DNA of 63,874 nucleotides, counting the filler, from Octopus bimaculoides (taxonomy: Eukaryota), in the NCBI RefSeq assembly GCF_001194135.2. It is 7 parts of 7 records of this genome, joined end to end, with 100 filler letters (N's around TTAATTAATTAA, not from the genome) between each part and the next. Parts side by side here need not be neighbours in the genome. Positions count along the whole stretch, not along the records: positions 7,804 to 16,232 come from NC_068981.1; positions 16,333 to 21,879 come from NC_068992.1; positions 21,980 to 46,019 come from NC_068995.1; 4 more parts are not named here. One strand, written 5' to 3'. Each line of letters starts with the position of its first letter. Position 1 is the stretch's first letter. Shown piece by piece: positions 13,116 to 26,409 of this stretch. The notes beneath the pieces are model-generated. The model saw nothing but the letters and a program-made list of their open reading frames with translations. It was not told the DNA's origin and ran no database searches. The translations under genes and the position numbers were made by a program.

Positions 13116-13526
13116 GGCGTGGGAGTGGCTGTGTGGTAAGTAGCTTGCTTACCAACCACATGGTTCTGGGTTCATTCCCACTGCGTGGCACCTTGGACAA
13201 GTGTCTTCTACTATAGCTTCGGGCCGACCAAAGCCTTGTGAGCGAATTTGGTAGACGGAAACTGAACGAAGCCCGTCATATATATGTATATGTGTATGTG
13301 TGTGTGTGTTTATGTTTGTGTATCTGTGTTTGCCCCCCCCCCCCACATCGCTTGACAACCGATGGTAGTGTGTTTACATCCCCGTAACTTAGCGGTTCGG
13401 CAAAAGTGACCGATAGAATAAGTACTAGGCTTACAAAGAATAAGTCCTGGGGTCGATTTGCTCGACTAAAGGCGGTGCTCCAGCATGGCCACAGTCACAT
13501 GACTGAAATAAGTAAAAGAGTAAAAG
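13116..13526 (+). mobile_element. SINE family B, full-length (tRNA-like head, CORE-like domain, internal (TA/TG)n, 3' tail)
   Basis: tggctgtgtggtaag (A box), gggttcattccc (B box), gtggcaccttggacaagtgtcttctactatagc (CORE-like), internal microsatellite, tail (agtaaaag)2. Confidence 0.9.
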
Positions 13527-13599
13527 GAGTATACTAATTTTGCCCAGACGTCATTATCTTCGAAATTAGAAGAACTACGTGGAAGTTCGTAGGTGGTGG

Positions 13600-15170
13600 T
13601 TTTCTTTTAAACTTAACTTGCCATCCGATTTAACATCATTACCTGGCCTTTAGCAGCTTTTAATGGAGCTTAATCTTCTTGTATATCAGGCTTCTGGCCT
13701 GAGGACATTACCCTTCTTTCCTGCCAGTAGTCTGATAACGTTAGAAAAGTGTCATGACAACTGGGTCTTCCTCCTCTAAGTCATTAAAAGAAAATATTTG
13801 CAAAATAACAAGGAAAGTAAATGTTCTATCTCTACTTAATGAAGCAGCAGTTGTGACTCACGTTCAAAGTTGAGTCCTGAAATCTATTAATTTCGGTCCT
13901 TCAATGCTCCTATTGGTTACCTTCATTACAAAACCGACTGCCTCCGAGAAGGAAAGGCACGAGAGAATACAGTAATGAAGGACGATGCTAAATTGTGAAT
14001 ATGGCCAGTATTTGACTTAAAATAGCAGTTAGAGACTTCATACAGATATTTGAAAATATTGTGATACTGTTGAAGGACAGCGTATGCTTGGGAATATTTT
14101 CATAACGGTTCCTGGAGGAAACAGTCAAAGGACTCTTTGAGATTTACAAGGCCTACTGACCTGGCCTGCCGGAACTCTAAGCCCAATTTTATGAAGTGCC
14201 TTGGTGTCAAAATTTGTTCTACAAGAGCAGTTGGAACGCAGTTTTGATTGTTTGCATCGCAGTGTCCAGTATCCTGTGCATTAACAGAATGCTTAAAGCT
14301 TTCCCTGGTACGGCGAACATTTATTATTCCTAACAAGTTGATGCAGTCTCACGTGCTTCTCTTTTTAGAAAATTCATTAAGACACCCCCTCACCACTTTT
14401 CTCCAGCCGTCCGTGACTTGCTGTTGTCACCATTGACCCGTTGAAAAGATTTTTTAATATTTCTCCTTCACTATATTTGGAGAGATTTTGATGGTGGTTC
14501 CTTATTGTTATTTTCTGGAAGTTGCTAATGTAGACTTGGTTAATTCATGACAGCCGTAGTTTTCTTGCACTTAACTCAGTCGATGCCCAATCTGTTATCA
14601 TATATGTTAATAGCCTTTGACTAGAAATTAACCCAGAAAAACTGGCGTAGTTTGAAGATGTATTTTGATAGTGAGACTAAATATATATTCATCTACCGTT
14701 AAGTAGACCATTGAGGCCAGTAGGGTTGAGTGACTTGTCCTTAGAGGTTAATGTATAAGTTCTTTCTTTGGAATCCGTCAACATCTGGAACGACTTCTCT
14801 AGAGTGAAATCCTGAGTTGACTGCAAAAGGATCCTGAGTTGCCCTGACGCCCGAATCCCACTCTTGGCTTCGTTAACGTGAGCTAAAGGGGAACAGAGCC
14901 ATATGTTTAGCACCAGTTGTAAGTGACAGGAATTGATGGAGTAACAGCGAGTCGAACACAAAATTGCCTTAGGCGCTCTACTCCTGATTTACTTTATGTA
15001 AAGTACAGAAGCTACCTAACCGAGTATTCACATTTGCATAAATAATCACTTCTGGTGGGTATCGATCCGTAACGCTGGACAAGAACCCATATTAGCTACT
15101 CTCAACCGGAGATAGCTGAGCCTGGGACTCGTGTCATACAAAGTCATTACGCCTTGATGTATTCCCTGAT
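13600..15170 (-). mobile_element. Highly degenerate RTE-clade LINE ORF (RT domain clear, upstream APE trace weak)
   Basis: Minus-strand patches: FAVPGKALSILLMHRIL, EQILTPRHFIKLGLEFRQARSVGLVNLKESFD (cf. EQIFTLRQI.EK..EF..P....FVD..KAFD), CILSCLSFSEAVGFVMKVT (cf. GCILSP.LF..AID.VM), and weak VIIYANVNTRLG (cf. GDFNARVG). Many stops and frameshifts; boundaries approximate. Confidence 0.65.
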
Positions 15171-16545
15171 GTCACAAAACAACGAAAAACGAAACAATGG
15201 CTCCGTATATTTTGCCTCTTATATCTAGACTTGGACGGCGCCAGAGAAAAACGTTAGATGTTACGTTCAGCCAGCAACGATTCTCAGTATGCTTTGCATC
15301 TAATGCAATATGGTTTGTAGATATTTTTCTAGACATATCTTTTTTTNNNNNNNNNNNNNNNNNNNNNNNNNNNNNNNNNNNNNNNNNNNNNNNNNNNNNN
15401 NNNNNNNNNNNNNNNNNNNNNNNNNNNNNNNNNNNNNNNNNNNNNNNNNNNNNNNNNNNNNNNNNNNNNNNNNNNNNNNNNNNNNNNNNNNNNNNNNNNN
15501 NNNNNNNNNNNNNNNNNNNNNNNNNNNNNNNNNNNNNNNNNNNNNNNNNNNNNNNNNNNNNNNNNNNNNNNNNNNNNNNNNNNNNNNNNNNNNNNNNNNN
15601 NNNNNNNNNNNNNNNNNNNNNNNNNNNNNNNNNNNNNNNNNNNNNNNNNNNNNNNNNNNNNNNNNNNNNNNNNNNNNNNNNNNNNNNNNNNNNNNNNNNN
15701 NATATATATATATGTATATATACTCGTGAGCGTGTGCCTGAGTGCGTATGCATGTAAGTCTGTACGGCAGAACGAATGCATTTTACATTGTGTGTATGTC
15801 TATTATATATATACATATAAACAAACATACCCGCACTCATATACAAACGCATACACACAAACCAGCCCCACAACACAAACGTTCGGGAATGTGCACATAT
15901 TTTTGTGTGCGTGTGTGTACTTGTGTGTGTGCGCCTGTGTGTGTGTGTATTTATATAATGCTTTTGAAATTTTATGTATGGAACAATATGTAACGAAGAA
16001 CCTCTAAGCTTATATTTATTATCCGAGAAAGCGCAGCGGTACACGTTCCTAGAGTTTCGTGCCGTTCTGATTAAATCAAGATGGTCAATAGTTGCATGGG
16101 GACGAAACTCTCCACCCTCTGGTCACTATTTCTTCGGATAATTATGAGTGTGCGTGCGTGTGTGTGTGTATTGTATTGTATTGCATTGTTTGTATACGCA
16201 TATATGTAAATATATATATATATATATATATANNNNNNNNNNNNNNNNNNNNNNNNNNNNNNNNNNNNNNNNNNNNTTAATTAATTAANNNNNNNNNNNN
16301 NNNNNNNNNNNNNNNNNNNNNNNNNNNNNNNNTATATTTCATTGATTTCCTGTCCAATGTGCCGAGCCGCACGACCGATCGAAGTGTAGATCGAACGGAA
16401 ACCGGTGTTCGCGCTTCTAATCCCCGTTAATCTCTTATGCACTAACTTAAGGCTTTACACACTTCCAACCTAAATTTGTGTAGACCACTTTTTCTGTTTT
16501 TTTATGGCTAAAACTCACACACACACAGACAAATATACGCGCAGA

Positions 16546-16594
<49 letters not shown>

Positions 16595-17937
16595 ATATAT
16601 GTGTGTCTGTGTATTCGTGCGTGATTATCTATATAAATGTGTCTAAGATTCTATAAATACACGTTTTCTTCAAATCCTTCTTCTCACTAAAAATTTTGCC
16701 GGTTTGCCAAATAACCTTCGATCATTGAAATTATCATCGATTTATTCAAATATCTTGTAAAAGATGCGGAAATTAGATATTGAAAGATAATAACCTTATA
16801 AACCTTACAAAATCTCAGACTGCGAAACATATCAGAGATAAGCCTTAGATGTTATAAAGAACGAGATATTAATTTATCGCATTTAAAATATTTGAAATAC
16901 GGCCCCCGTTCGGTTTCTAATATTAACCTTTGTATTTAAGTATGGATTCTAAGAGAAGTTTAAGTCGAAAAATACCTCATAATAAGAATACATCTTACTG
17001 TTCACAATAAAATTTCTTTTTACTCCTCACCTTATTTTCCTTTGGATTTATACAATATATTGATTGTATATCGATTGAATATATGAATTTATTTGTTTCA
17101 TGTGATGAAATATATAAATCGCAATTGCATTAGGCAAAGTTTTGTTCGTCCTAATATCATTTTGAACAAATAAAAATAAAACTTCTCACGTACATGATCA
17201 CGTTTAAACAATAATACATATACGTGTATATGTAAACACAAATGTGTATTGTACTACAGAGATCTATATCAGTGTGCATGCACACACACGCACAACCATA
17301 TATACACATGGGGACATCATTGGTTGTCTCTATTGATATAATTTGTCCATTGATCGGATCATGCAGATTTCGACTTAGTCGGTATGCTTACGATTGACAT
17401 TAAAAAATAATCTCATGATAATAATCCATATCGAGGAATATTGCATCTGTATACTATGTAATTAGGGTACCAACCCCGGATCCTTCCTTACAATAGTCAT
17501 CGTCTTTCAATTTGATTATAATAATCTCCAGTTTCGGCATCTGAGAATAGTTTCGTTATGCGTATGTAATCATGTAATTTAATGGATTTTCTGATATTTT
17601 GTGAAAGAACGACTAAATTTTTAAATGGAAGAATGTGATATAGTGACAGGTGGTACGAATATTCGTTGAGTTCGCTGCCATTATGTTAAGGAACGCTGAA
17701 TTCTCTTCTAAATTACAACTGCAAAAAGTTCAGCGTTGAAATCTATAAATTGGCTTCATTTGCGGTGAGCACGAAAAATACACGCGTACCCGAAATAAAA
17801 GAAACATAACAAAAAGACCCCAAGGAAGAAGAACAATCCCCACCAAACGTGTTAAAATGAATTGTATAAAATAAAGGAATTTTATAAAATGTGTTTCAAC
17901 CACTGCATGTGCCATGAACAAATGTCTTCTATAACCG

Positions 17938-18007
17938 TGGGTTGACAAAAGCCATGTGAGTGGATATAGGAGGTGGAAACTGAAATGGGCCAGTCATATC
18001 AGTCATA

Positions 18008-18045
<38 letters not shown>

Positions 18046-18900
18046 NNNNNNNNNNNNNNNNNNNNNNNNNNNNNNNNNNNNNNNNNNNNNNNNNNNNNNN
18101 NNNNNNNNNNNNNNNNNNNNNNNNNNNNNNNNNNNNNNNNNNNNNNNNNNNNNNNNNNNNNNNNNNNNNNNNNNNNNNNNNNNNNNNNNNNNNNNNNNNN
18201 NNNNNNNNNNNNNNNNNNNNNNNNNNNNNNNNNNNNNNNNNNNNNNNNNNNNNNNNNNNNNNNNNNNNNNNNNNNNNNNNNNNNNNNNNNNNNNNNNNNN
18301 NNNNNNNNNNNNNNNNNNNNNNNNNNNNNNNNNNNNNNNNNNNNNNNNNNNNNNNNNNNNNNNNNNNNNNNNNNNNNNNNNNNNNNNNNNNNNNNNNNNN
18401 NNNNNNNNNNNNNNNNNNNNNNNNNNNNNNNNNNNNNNNNNNNNNNNNNNNNNNNNNNNNNNNNNNNNNNNNNNNNNNNNNNNNNNNNNNNNNNNNNNNN
18501 NNNNNNNNNNNNNNNNNNNNNNNNNNNNNNNNNNNNNNNNNNNNNNNNNNNNNNNNNNNNNNNNNNNNNNNNNNNNNNNNNNNNNNNNNNNNNNNNNNNN
18601 NNNNNNNNNNTATATATGTATATATATGTATATATATATATGTGTGTGTGTGTGTATATACGTATGTATATATATGTATATATTTATGTGTGTGAGTCTT
18701 TCTGTTTGTTTCCTACACCACTTGGTAACCGGTGTTGGTTTGTTTAAGTCCTCGTAACTTAACGGTTCAGCAAAGAAGAAGATAGAATAAATGCCAAGCT
18801 GAAATAGAATCAGTAGCAGTGACGATTCGTTTGATTTAAACCCGCCAAGAGCAAAACCTGGGCTGGCTGCAGCCCAACGACAGAAACAAGTAAAAGACAG
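17938..18900 (+). mobile_element. SINE family B spanning a gap at its internal (TA)n
   Basis: 5' side acaaaagccatgtgagtggatat..ggaaactgaaa; 3' side cgtaacttaacggttcagcaaa..gatagaataa ... gaaacaagtaaaaga. Confidence 0.7.
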
Positions 18901-19717
18901 TTTAAAAGTGAAAAATTCCAAATTTACAAGGCTTCGTATTCAGTAACACAGAGTTCTTTGTTTGCAGGCTGCACTGAACTGATGACGTGAAAACAAATGA
19001 CTAAATCTTCCAGCTTCTACACGACCTCACGGTAGAGAACTGGTCACTGCTAATCATAGTGGTGAATGCTTGTGATGGATGTGCGCAGAAGGTGTTCGTT
19101 TATCTGAGGGCGCAAGGAAGAAGAAGTCCGATTAATTGGCACGGCTTTCCTCCCCAACGTTGTCTTATGTACGTAATTTACATCACAAAGCATTCATGAG
19201 GGAATCCTAATTGTAAATAATTCATCGGTTAAAAATACCCATTTTCTCTGACGAAATATGTATAAAAATACATATAAAGTGAACGAATTATATATANNNN
19301 NNNNNNNNNNNNNNNNNNNNNNNNNNNNNNNNNNNNNNNNNNNNNNNNNNNNNNNNNNNNNNNNNNNNNNNNNNNNNNNNNNNNNNNNNNNNNNNNNNNN
19401 NNNNNNNNNNNNNNNNNNNNNNNNNNNNNNNNNNNNNNNNNNNNNNNNNNNNNNNNNNNNNNNNNNNNNNNNNNNNNNNNNNNNNNNNNNNNNNNNNNNN
19501 NNNNNNNNNNNNNNNNNNNNNNNNNNNNNNNNNNNNNNNNNNNNNNNNNNNNNNNNNNNNNNNNNNNNNNNNNNNNNNNNNNNNNNNNNNNNNNNNNNNN
19601 NNNNNNNNNNNNNNNNNNNNNNNNNNNNNNNNNNNNNNNNNNNNNNNNNNNNNNNNNNNNNNNNNNNNNNNNNNNNNNNNNNNNNNNNNNNNNNNNNNNN
19701 NNNNNNNNNNNNNNNNN

Positions 19718-19768
<51 letters not shown>

Positions 19769-20963
19769 GTATATGTAAATATATATGTGTCTATGTAGGT
19801 GCTTATACAAAACATACATACACGCACAAACAGATACCTACACACACACATATAGATGTATACATATGCTGTAAATCCTTACATAAATTTATATGCAAAC
19901 GTATATACATATTCATATGAATATGCACTTATTTCAATATATTTGTATATATATATGTATATATATAAATACATTCATATGTGCATATATATGTGTGTGT
20001 GAGTGTGTGTGTGAGTGTGTGTGTATGTATATGGCTATGTGCGTCAGTATATTTGTATGAGAGAGTGCATGAACTAGTCCGTTCGCACGTACAAAAATAT
20101 TTATACCGTTCGTTCATACGTTCACAAATAGAATGTATGAAAAAAAAATCAAACATGTACAAGAGTGTGAAAAGAGAATAAAATGGAAGAAAACAATTAG
20201 AAAAACATCTTCACCCATCACAAGGTGATATCCTGAACATTTGCTGTGGGCAGAACTAACCTGACTGATCCGTTCCATGAATGACATCAGATTGACAAGT
20301 AGTGACTGGATAAAGCTCACATGTTTTTGAGGTGTGAACATTTCAACAAAGAACAGACATACACAATACACAGGCGTGCTTAAACGTACTCATATATTGA
20401 AACGTGCATACACATATATACGCCAACACACATACACACACGCGCGCGCGCGCGCACACACACACACACACACACGCACACACAGAGACACAAACACAGA
20501 TACAAACACACAGACACACACACATACAGACGCATGCACACACACGCATATAGACGCATGCACACACAAACACTCAGAGACACATACACACTCACACAGA
20601 AAACACACACACTCACACAGACACATACACAGACACACGTATATGTACGCGCGCACGGACATATACACCCACGCACGTGCGCACAACTACTCAGAGACCA
20701 CGAAAACTCACGCAAACACATACACACACAGACATACACTCACACGCACACACACAGACACACACTAGCACACACACACGCACACACACACAGATACACG
20801 ACTGTATCAAGCAAACTATGTAGGTAGACATCGTTGGTCACATTGTGTTTCCCATTCAATCTTGATTGCGTCCTTCTCGACAATCTTGGTCTAAATCGTT
20901 TAACTAGTAAATCATTTGTCCAGTGTTGAGGGTGCCTTCGAATAACTTCCCTGATCTCTTCGT

Positions 20964-20996
<33 letters not shown>

Positions 20997-21015
20997 CTAT
21001 GTATACACACATGTG

Positions 21016-21820
21016 TATGGGTACAGGACGTCACCAACAGTAAACAACATGAAATACGAAAACAAATGAGTTCAATACGCAAACAACGAGAGAAAAAAGG
21101 AAAACAGGAGAAGTAACATAAAGAACGACCCTTCATCAGTTGGCGGCTGTCTACCTACTCCTCATTTTCAGCATTGAACGACAGTATGAGTCTTCGAAGA
21201 TAATAGCTTCCATAAGTACCAAAATAAAATTTTCTATTTATGGAGTGTCAAAGTTGGAACAAAAACAGGACAGTGGAAACATACAAGGAAACCGTATGAA
21301 AACAAAGATGGAGAGTCGTTAGAAAGATGATCACGTGACGAAAAGAAAGATGGACGATGGTCACGTGTGAGAAATGAGAGAGAGAACAGTGATCATCTTT
21401 CGTTTCTATTAGAACTCTCCTAAGGCCTGGACGTATCCTATCTCTATCTTCTATCTTTTCGCTTTCAAAGAAAATATTTCTCCAGCGTTCGCTATTTTAC
21501 CCTCGTCCTGGTCTAATGACCCTCCATCTTTGTTTTCGTTTGGTTTCTTTGCATGCCTCCACTGTCCTGTTTTTGTTCCCAACTTTGATCCTCCATAAAT
21601 CACAAATTTTATTTTCGTACTTATGGGAGTGACTGTCTTCGAAGACTCAGATTATCGATCAATGCTTGAAATGAGGAGTAGATTGACAGCCGACAATTGA
21701 TGAAGGGTCGTTCTTTATGTTACTTGCTTTCCGTCTTTTTCTAGCTCGTTGTTTGCGTACTTAACTCATTTGCTTTCGTATTTCATGTTGGTTACTGTTG
21801 GCGACTTCCTGTATCCATAT
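21016..21820. mobile_element. Fold-back pair: two ~310-bp inverted copies (21016-~21330 and ~21511-21820), probable Penelope-like repeat
   Basis: Arms align in reverse complement at roughly 80% by eye (e.g. actgatgaagggtcgttctttatgttact vs attgatgaagggtcgttctttatgttact). Confidence 0.85.
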
Positions 21821-21834
21821 ATGTATGTGTATAT

Positions 21835-21879
<45 letters not shown>

Positions 21880-22014
21880 NNNNNNNNNNNNNNNNNNNNN
21901 NNNNNNNNNNNNNNNNNNNNNNNTTAATTAATTAANNNNNNNNNNNNNNNNNNNNNNNNNNNNNNNNNNNNNNNNNNNNAGTAGTAGTAGTAGTAGTAGT
22001 AGTAGTACTGTGAA

Positions 22015-22110
22015 GGCGCGTAGCTTAGTGGTTAGGACATTCGCCTCACGATCGTAAGGTCGTGTGTTCAATTCCCGGCGACGCGTTGGTGTCCTTGAGC
22101 AAGACACTTT
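22015..22110 (+). mobile_element. SINE family C head (tRNA-like plus CORE-like), 3'-truncated
   Basis: tagcttagtggttagg (A box), gttcaattccc (B box), gtgtccttgagcaagacacttta. Confidence 0.85.
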
Positions 22111-22720
22111 ATGGTGGTGGTAATGGTGGTTTTGATGGTGGTGGGGGTGGAGGTGGTGGGGGGTTGAAGTGGTGGTGGTGGTGTTCGTGATGGTGTTTGT
22201 GGTGGTAGTGATGGTGATGGTATTGGTGGTGGTGGTGGTGATGGTGTTGGTGGTGATGCTGATGACTGTGTTGGTAGTACCTATGATGGTGGTTGTTATA
22301 TTCGTGGTGGTATGTCGTAGTGCTAACGCTGGTGGTATCATAACCAGTGTTGGTATTCAATGTATTGGTCATGGTGGTGGGGGTGACGGTTTTAGTTGTT
22401 GTTGTTGTTGGTGATGGTGGCAGTGGTAGTCGTGATGCTGGTGGCCGCTTCTGCGGAGGCGAAGGCGCCGATAGTGGTGATAGTGGTGGTAGTGATACCA
22501 CTGGTGGTCGGGGTGCTGGTGGTGATGCATATTTGGTGGTGGACATTGGTGGCTATATAGACTCGCCAATGGTGATGGCATCGATGGCGCAAAAGAATCC
22601 TCGCAGGGACGGCTGCTGGCAGTAGCGGTAGTGGTTAAACAGCAATACTCCTTATTGTAATGGTTTTAGAGGCGACGATGGCAGTGACGGTGAAACCCCC
22701 CCCCCTCCCACAACCACCAA
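22110..22720. repeat. Degenerate (GGT)n-rich low-complexity tract
   Basis: Directly visible; similar tracts at 26678-27010, 36680-36860, 38380-38790, 41040-41360. Confidence 0.85.
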
Positions 22721-23028
22721 AGATGCTGTAATGCAAACCAGAACCGCAACCTTTTAATAGCTTTTTATTTGGGGCAGCCACCCCAAGAACCATAATCATA
22801 ACAATAACAAAGCAAACAAAAAACAAATAAAACTGTCTTCCATTACGAACCATTCCATAGTCATTCAAGACAAATATCGAAACGAAACTAATGCCATTGC
22901 GATTGCGCCCTGTGGCATCCAGCTAAATGTTGGTCGGGGCATTTTAGCAAAGATTGAGCAAAGATTGCAAAGATTTTCCATTTTACAGCAGGCTTCATTT
23001 CCGGTGAAGGTCCGCAACCACGGGGATA

Positions 23029-23075
<47 letters not shown>

Positions 23076-23116
23076 GTAATAATAATAATAGTAATATCAT
23101 CCTCAACGTCGTCGTC

Positions 23117-23159
<43 letters not shown>

Positions 23160-23297
23160 TTAAAACAACAGCAAGACTATAACAAGACAGAACAAGCAAA
23201 TTTTCGTTGCAGGCGGTTTGGGACGTTTTAGCTGGGGAGTGAATCAGAAAGTAACAAACATATAGAAAAATAAATAAATAAGTAAATAAATAAATAA

Positions 23298-23356
<59 letters not shown>

Positions 23357-23357
23357 A

Positions 23358-23392
<35 letters not shown>

Positions 23393-23400
23393 AAGAATAA
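23029..23400. repeat. (TAA)n, (ATT)n, (TAAA)n and (GAT)n microsatellites
   Basis: Directly visible. Confidence 0.95.
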
Positions 23401-23871
23401 TTAAAAAATAAATAATAACAATGATAGCAATTTGCCCCATTGTCATCTGAACATAAGATTTGTATTAATATTGCAAACAATGTATATAAACCCTCTGGTA
23501 GAAAAATACGAAATATATCTTAAAATGTGAACGCGTAATTATGTGTGTGTGTGTGTTTATGTGTGTGTGTGTGTATGTGTGTTGATATACATATATACAT
23601 ACATACATATATACATATATACATATATATATATATTTATATATGTATATATATATGTATATACACACACACACATATAAATATGTACATACATATATAT
23701 ATATATGTGTATATACATTTATAATTATATATATAAATGTATGTATATGTGTGTTTATGTATGTATATATATTATATGTACATGTGAGTGTGTGGGTGTG
23801 GATGTGTGTATATAATACTATAATCCCTAAATGTTCATAGTTACTTTATATTAAACACATATATTATTAAT

Positions 23872-23909
<38 letters not shown>

Positions 23910-24002
23910 AACATACACACACACACACATACACACACAAGGCCTGAAATTCCAAATATGGTGATAGCTCTTTATCTTCTCTTCCTCCATAAATGTTGGT
24001 TT

Positions 24003-24616
24003 CAGATTTTGACTCAAGGCCAGCAATTTCGGCTCACGCGATAAGTCGATTGCATCACCCCATGGCACAACTGGTACTTTTTTCTTTATCGCATCCGAAA
24101 GTATGAAAAGCAAAGTCGACTTCGGTAGACTTTGAACTCGGAAGAATATAAAGACGACTGAATTACCGTTAAACATATTCTTTTCAACTCTAGGCCCGAA
24201 ATTTTTGGGGAGGGAGCCAGTCTCATTAGATCGACACCAGAACACAACTGGTACTTAATTTATCGACCCCGAAAGGATAAAAGACAAGGTCGACCTCAGC
24301 GGAATTTGAACTCAGAGCATAAAGACAGACGAAATACCGCTAAGCATTTCGCCCTGCGTGCTAACGATTCTACCAGCTCGCTACCTTCTTATCCATGAAT
24401 ATTCGTTTCTACTCTAGACACAAGACCCGAAATTTTGGGAGAGGGGCCAGTCGATTAAATCAACCCTAGTATGCAGCTGGTACTTAATTCATCTATTCCG
24501 AAAGGATGAAAAGGAAAGTCAACCTCGGTGGAATTCGAACTCAGAACGTAAAGACAGACGAAACACCGCTACGCAATTCGTCCGGTGTGCTAATGATTCT
24601 GCCAACTCACCGCCTT
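24003..24616 (-). mobile_element. Three head-to-tail SINE family A copies (A2 tail type)
   Basis: Three successive occurrences of caactggtactt....tatcg..ccgaaag.atgaaa.gcaaagtc.acctcgg.ggaattt.aactc. Confidence 0.9.
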
Positions 24617-24877
24617 ATTATTCCTAAATAGGGAAAATCAAACTGAAACCAGAAATTCTTGAGTAAAAATGTTCAAATAAAAATAATCTTAATAGATGAA
24701 AAGTAAATGCTAGACTTTTTGTTCAGCTTGACACTTTTCATTAAGCTTGATCGCATCTTACCCCTTGATGATGATGGTAACTTGTCCCTTTTAATAGTTG
24801 AGAGCTAGTTGTAGGTTCAGAGCCTTATCGTGTTGGAAAAAACTTTGTGAGAGATATATGTATAACAAGTGACTATA

Positions 24878-25035
24878 GGTGCAGGCATGGCTATGTGGTA
24901 ACACGCTTGTTTCCCAACAGCATTGTCCCAAGTTCAATCCTACTGCGTGATATTTTGGTTAAATTTCTTCTACTATAGACTCGGGCCGACTAAATACTTG
25001 TGAGTAGATTTTGTAGACGGAAACTGAAATAAACC

Positions 25036-25040
<5 letters not shown>
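24878..25040 (+). mobile_element. SINE family B 5' half
   Basis: gcaggcatggctatgtggtaa..aagttcaatcc..tcttctactatagactcgggccgac..gtagacggaaactgaaa followed by (TA)n. Confidence 0.85.
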
Positions 25041-25076
<36 letters not shown>

Positions 25077-25265
25077 TTACAAATTAAAAGGGTAAAGAAT
25101 TATCAATTTATTAATTAATAAATCAATTAATAATTTTTACCAAGCCCATCGTTATGAAAGCACCATTATTGGTGGAGAACTTATTTAAAAGCTCATATAT
25201 ATTTATAAACATAATTAAGGGATCAGCAAATATTTGCTTCACCATATATCTATATATATATATAT

Positions 25266-25306
<41 letters not shown>

Positions 25307-25426
25307 CNNNNNNNNNNNNNNNNNNNNNNNNNNNNNNNNNNNNNNNNNNNNNNNNNNNNNNNNAGAGAGAGAGAGAGAGAGAGAGAGATATACTTTATTT
25401 AAAAGCAGCAGAAATATAACAAAAGA

Positions 25427-25458
25427 CTGTTACTCGACGTTTCACGTTCGTCGGACAG
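25427..25458 (-). ncRNA. Decayed minimal type-I hammerhead-like motif
   Basis: Minus strand CTGT CCGACGA ACGT GAAA CGTCGAG T A ACAG: 4-bp stem I, U4C core change, collapsed stem II, GUA cleavage triplet. Confidence 0.5.
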
Positions 25459-25505
25459 TTTTGTTGCACATTTATGTGCTTACTCCGGTATATATATATG
25501 AAAGT

Positions 25506-26110
25506 CTTGTGCAGAAAGAGTACAAGCGTAGGCACGACAAAGTAGCCGAAAACCTCCACTGGTTACTATGTCGTAAGTATGGATACGAGGTTACGGGTGC
25601 TTGGTACCAACATACACCGGAGAAGGTAATGGACGAAAAAGGGAAGGCAAAAATCCTCTGGGTCTTTGATTTCCAAACAGACAAAGTGTTAGAGCACGGA
25701 AGGCCGGGTATAGTAATCTTGAGGAGGGACAAACAAGAGTGCCTAATAATCGACGTAGCAGTGCCAAGAGATCAACATATCATGAAAGAAACAGAAAAAG
25801 TTGTTAAATATGGAGACCTGAGAACTCAGATCGCTAATATGACGCAGCTACGAGAGTCGAACATAATGGTTATCCCTATTGTCATCGGAGCATTGGGTTC
25901 AATACCACCCAATCTGAAAAAAAAAAGCAAAAAAACATCTGAAAACCTTGGAGATACCCTACAATCTAGATGTATTGCAAAAGTCGACATTACTTGGGAC
26001 TGCACGCATATTGCGTACTGTCTGTTGTGACTTGACAAACAATACAAACCCTCGGTAGACACAATATCTTCAATCAACAACCACATGATAATGTATACTG
26101 TGAGGCCTCT
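25506..26110 (+). mobile_element. R4/Dong LINE 3' fragment (RLE endonuclease plus 3' UTR) ending in (TAA)n
   Basis: ORF 25461-26030: YKRRHDKVAENLHWLLCRKYG...WYQHTPEKV...KILW.FDFQTDKVLEHGRPGIVIL....CLIIDVAVP.D...E.EKV.KY.DL...VIPIVIGALG; ataataataataat follows the 3' end. Confidence 0.92.
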
Positions 26111-26124
26111 ATAATAATAATAAT

Positions 26125-26336
26125 GGTTTCAAATTTCGTCACAAGGGCAGCAATTTTAGGCGATGGTGTTAATTGATTACATCGACCCCAGTGTTCAACT
26201 GGTACTTACTTTATCGACCCAGAAAGGATGAAAGGCAAAATCAACCGCGGTGGAATTTGAACTCAGAACGTAGCGATGGACGAAATACCACGAAGCATTT
26301 CGTCCAGCGCGCTAATGATTCTGCCAGCTTCCCGCC

Positions 26337-26338
<2 letters not shown>
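26125..26338 (-). mobile_element. SINE family A embedded in an (AAT)n tract
   Basis: Full head-to-tail match to family A; (AAT)n on both sides. Confidence 0.9.

Positions 26339-26409
<71 letters not shown>

Noticed and set aside
20261-20305. 45-nt minus-strand micro-exon (ag|SLLVNLMSFMERISQ|gttagt)
   Set aside because: Splice signals this short occur often by chance; no partner exons identified.
22015-22090. tRNA-Val(CAC)-like gene
   Set aside because: A and B boxes are present, but the acceptor and anticodon stems do not pair and the sequence continues into a CORE-like SINE body; it is a SINE head.
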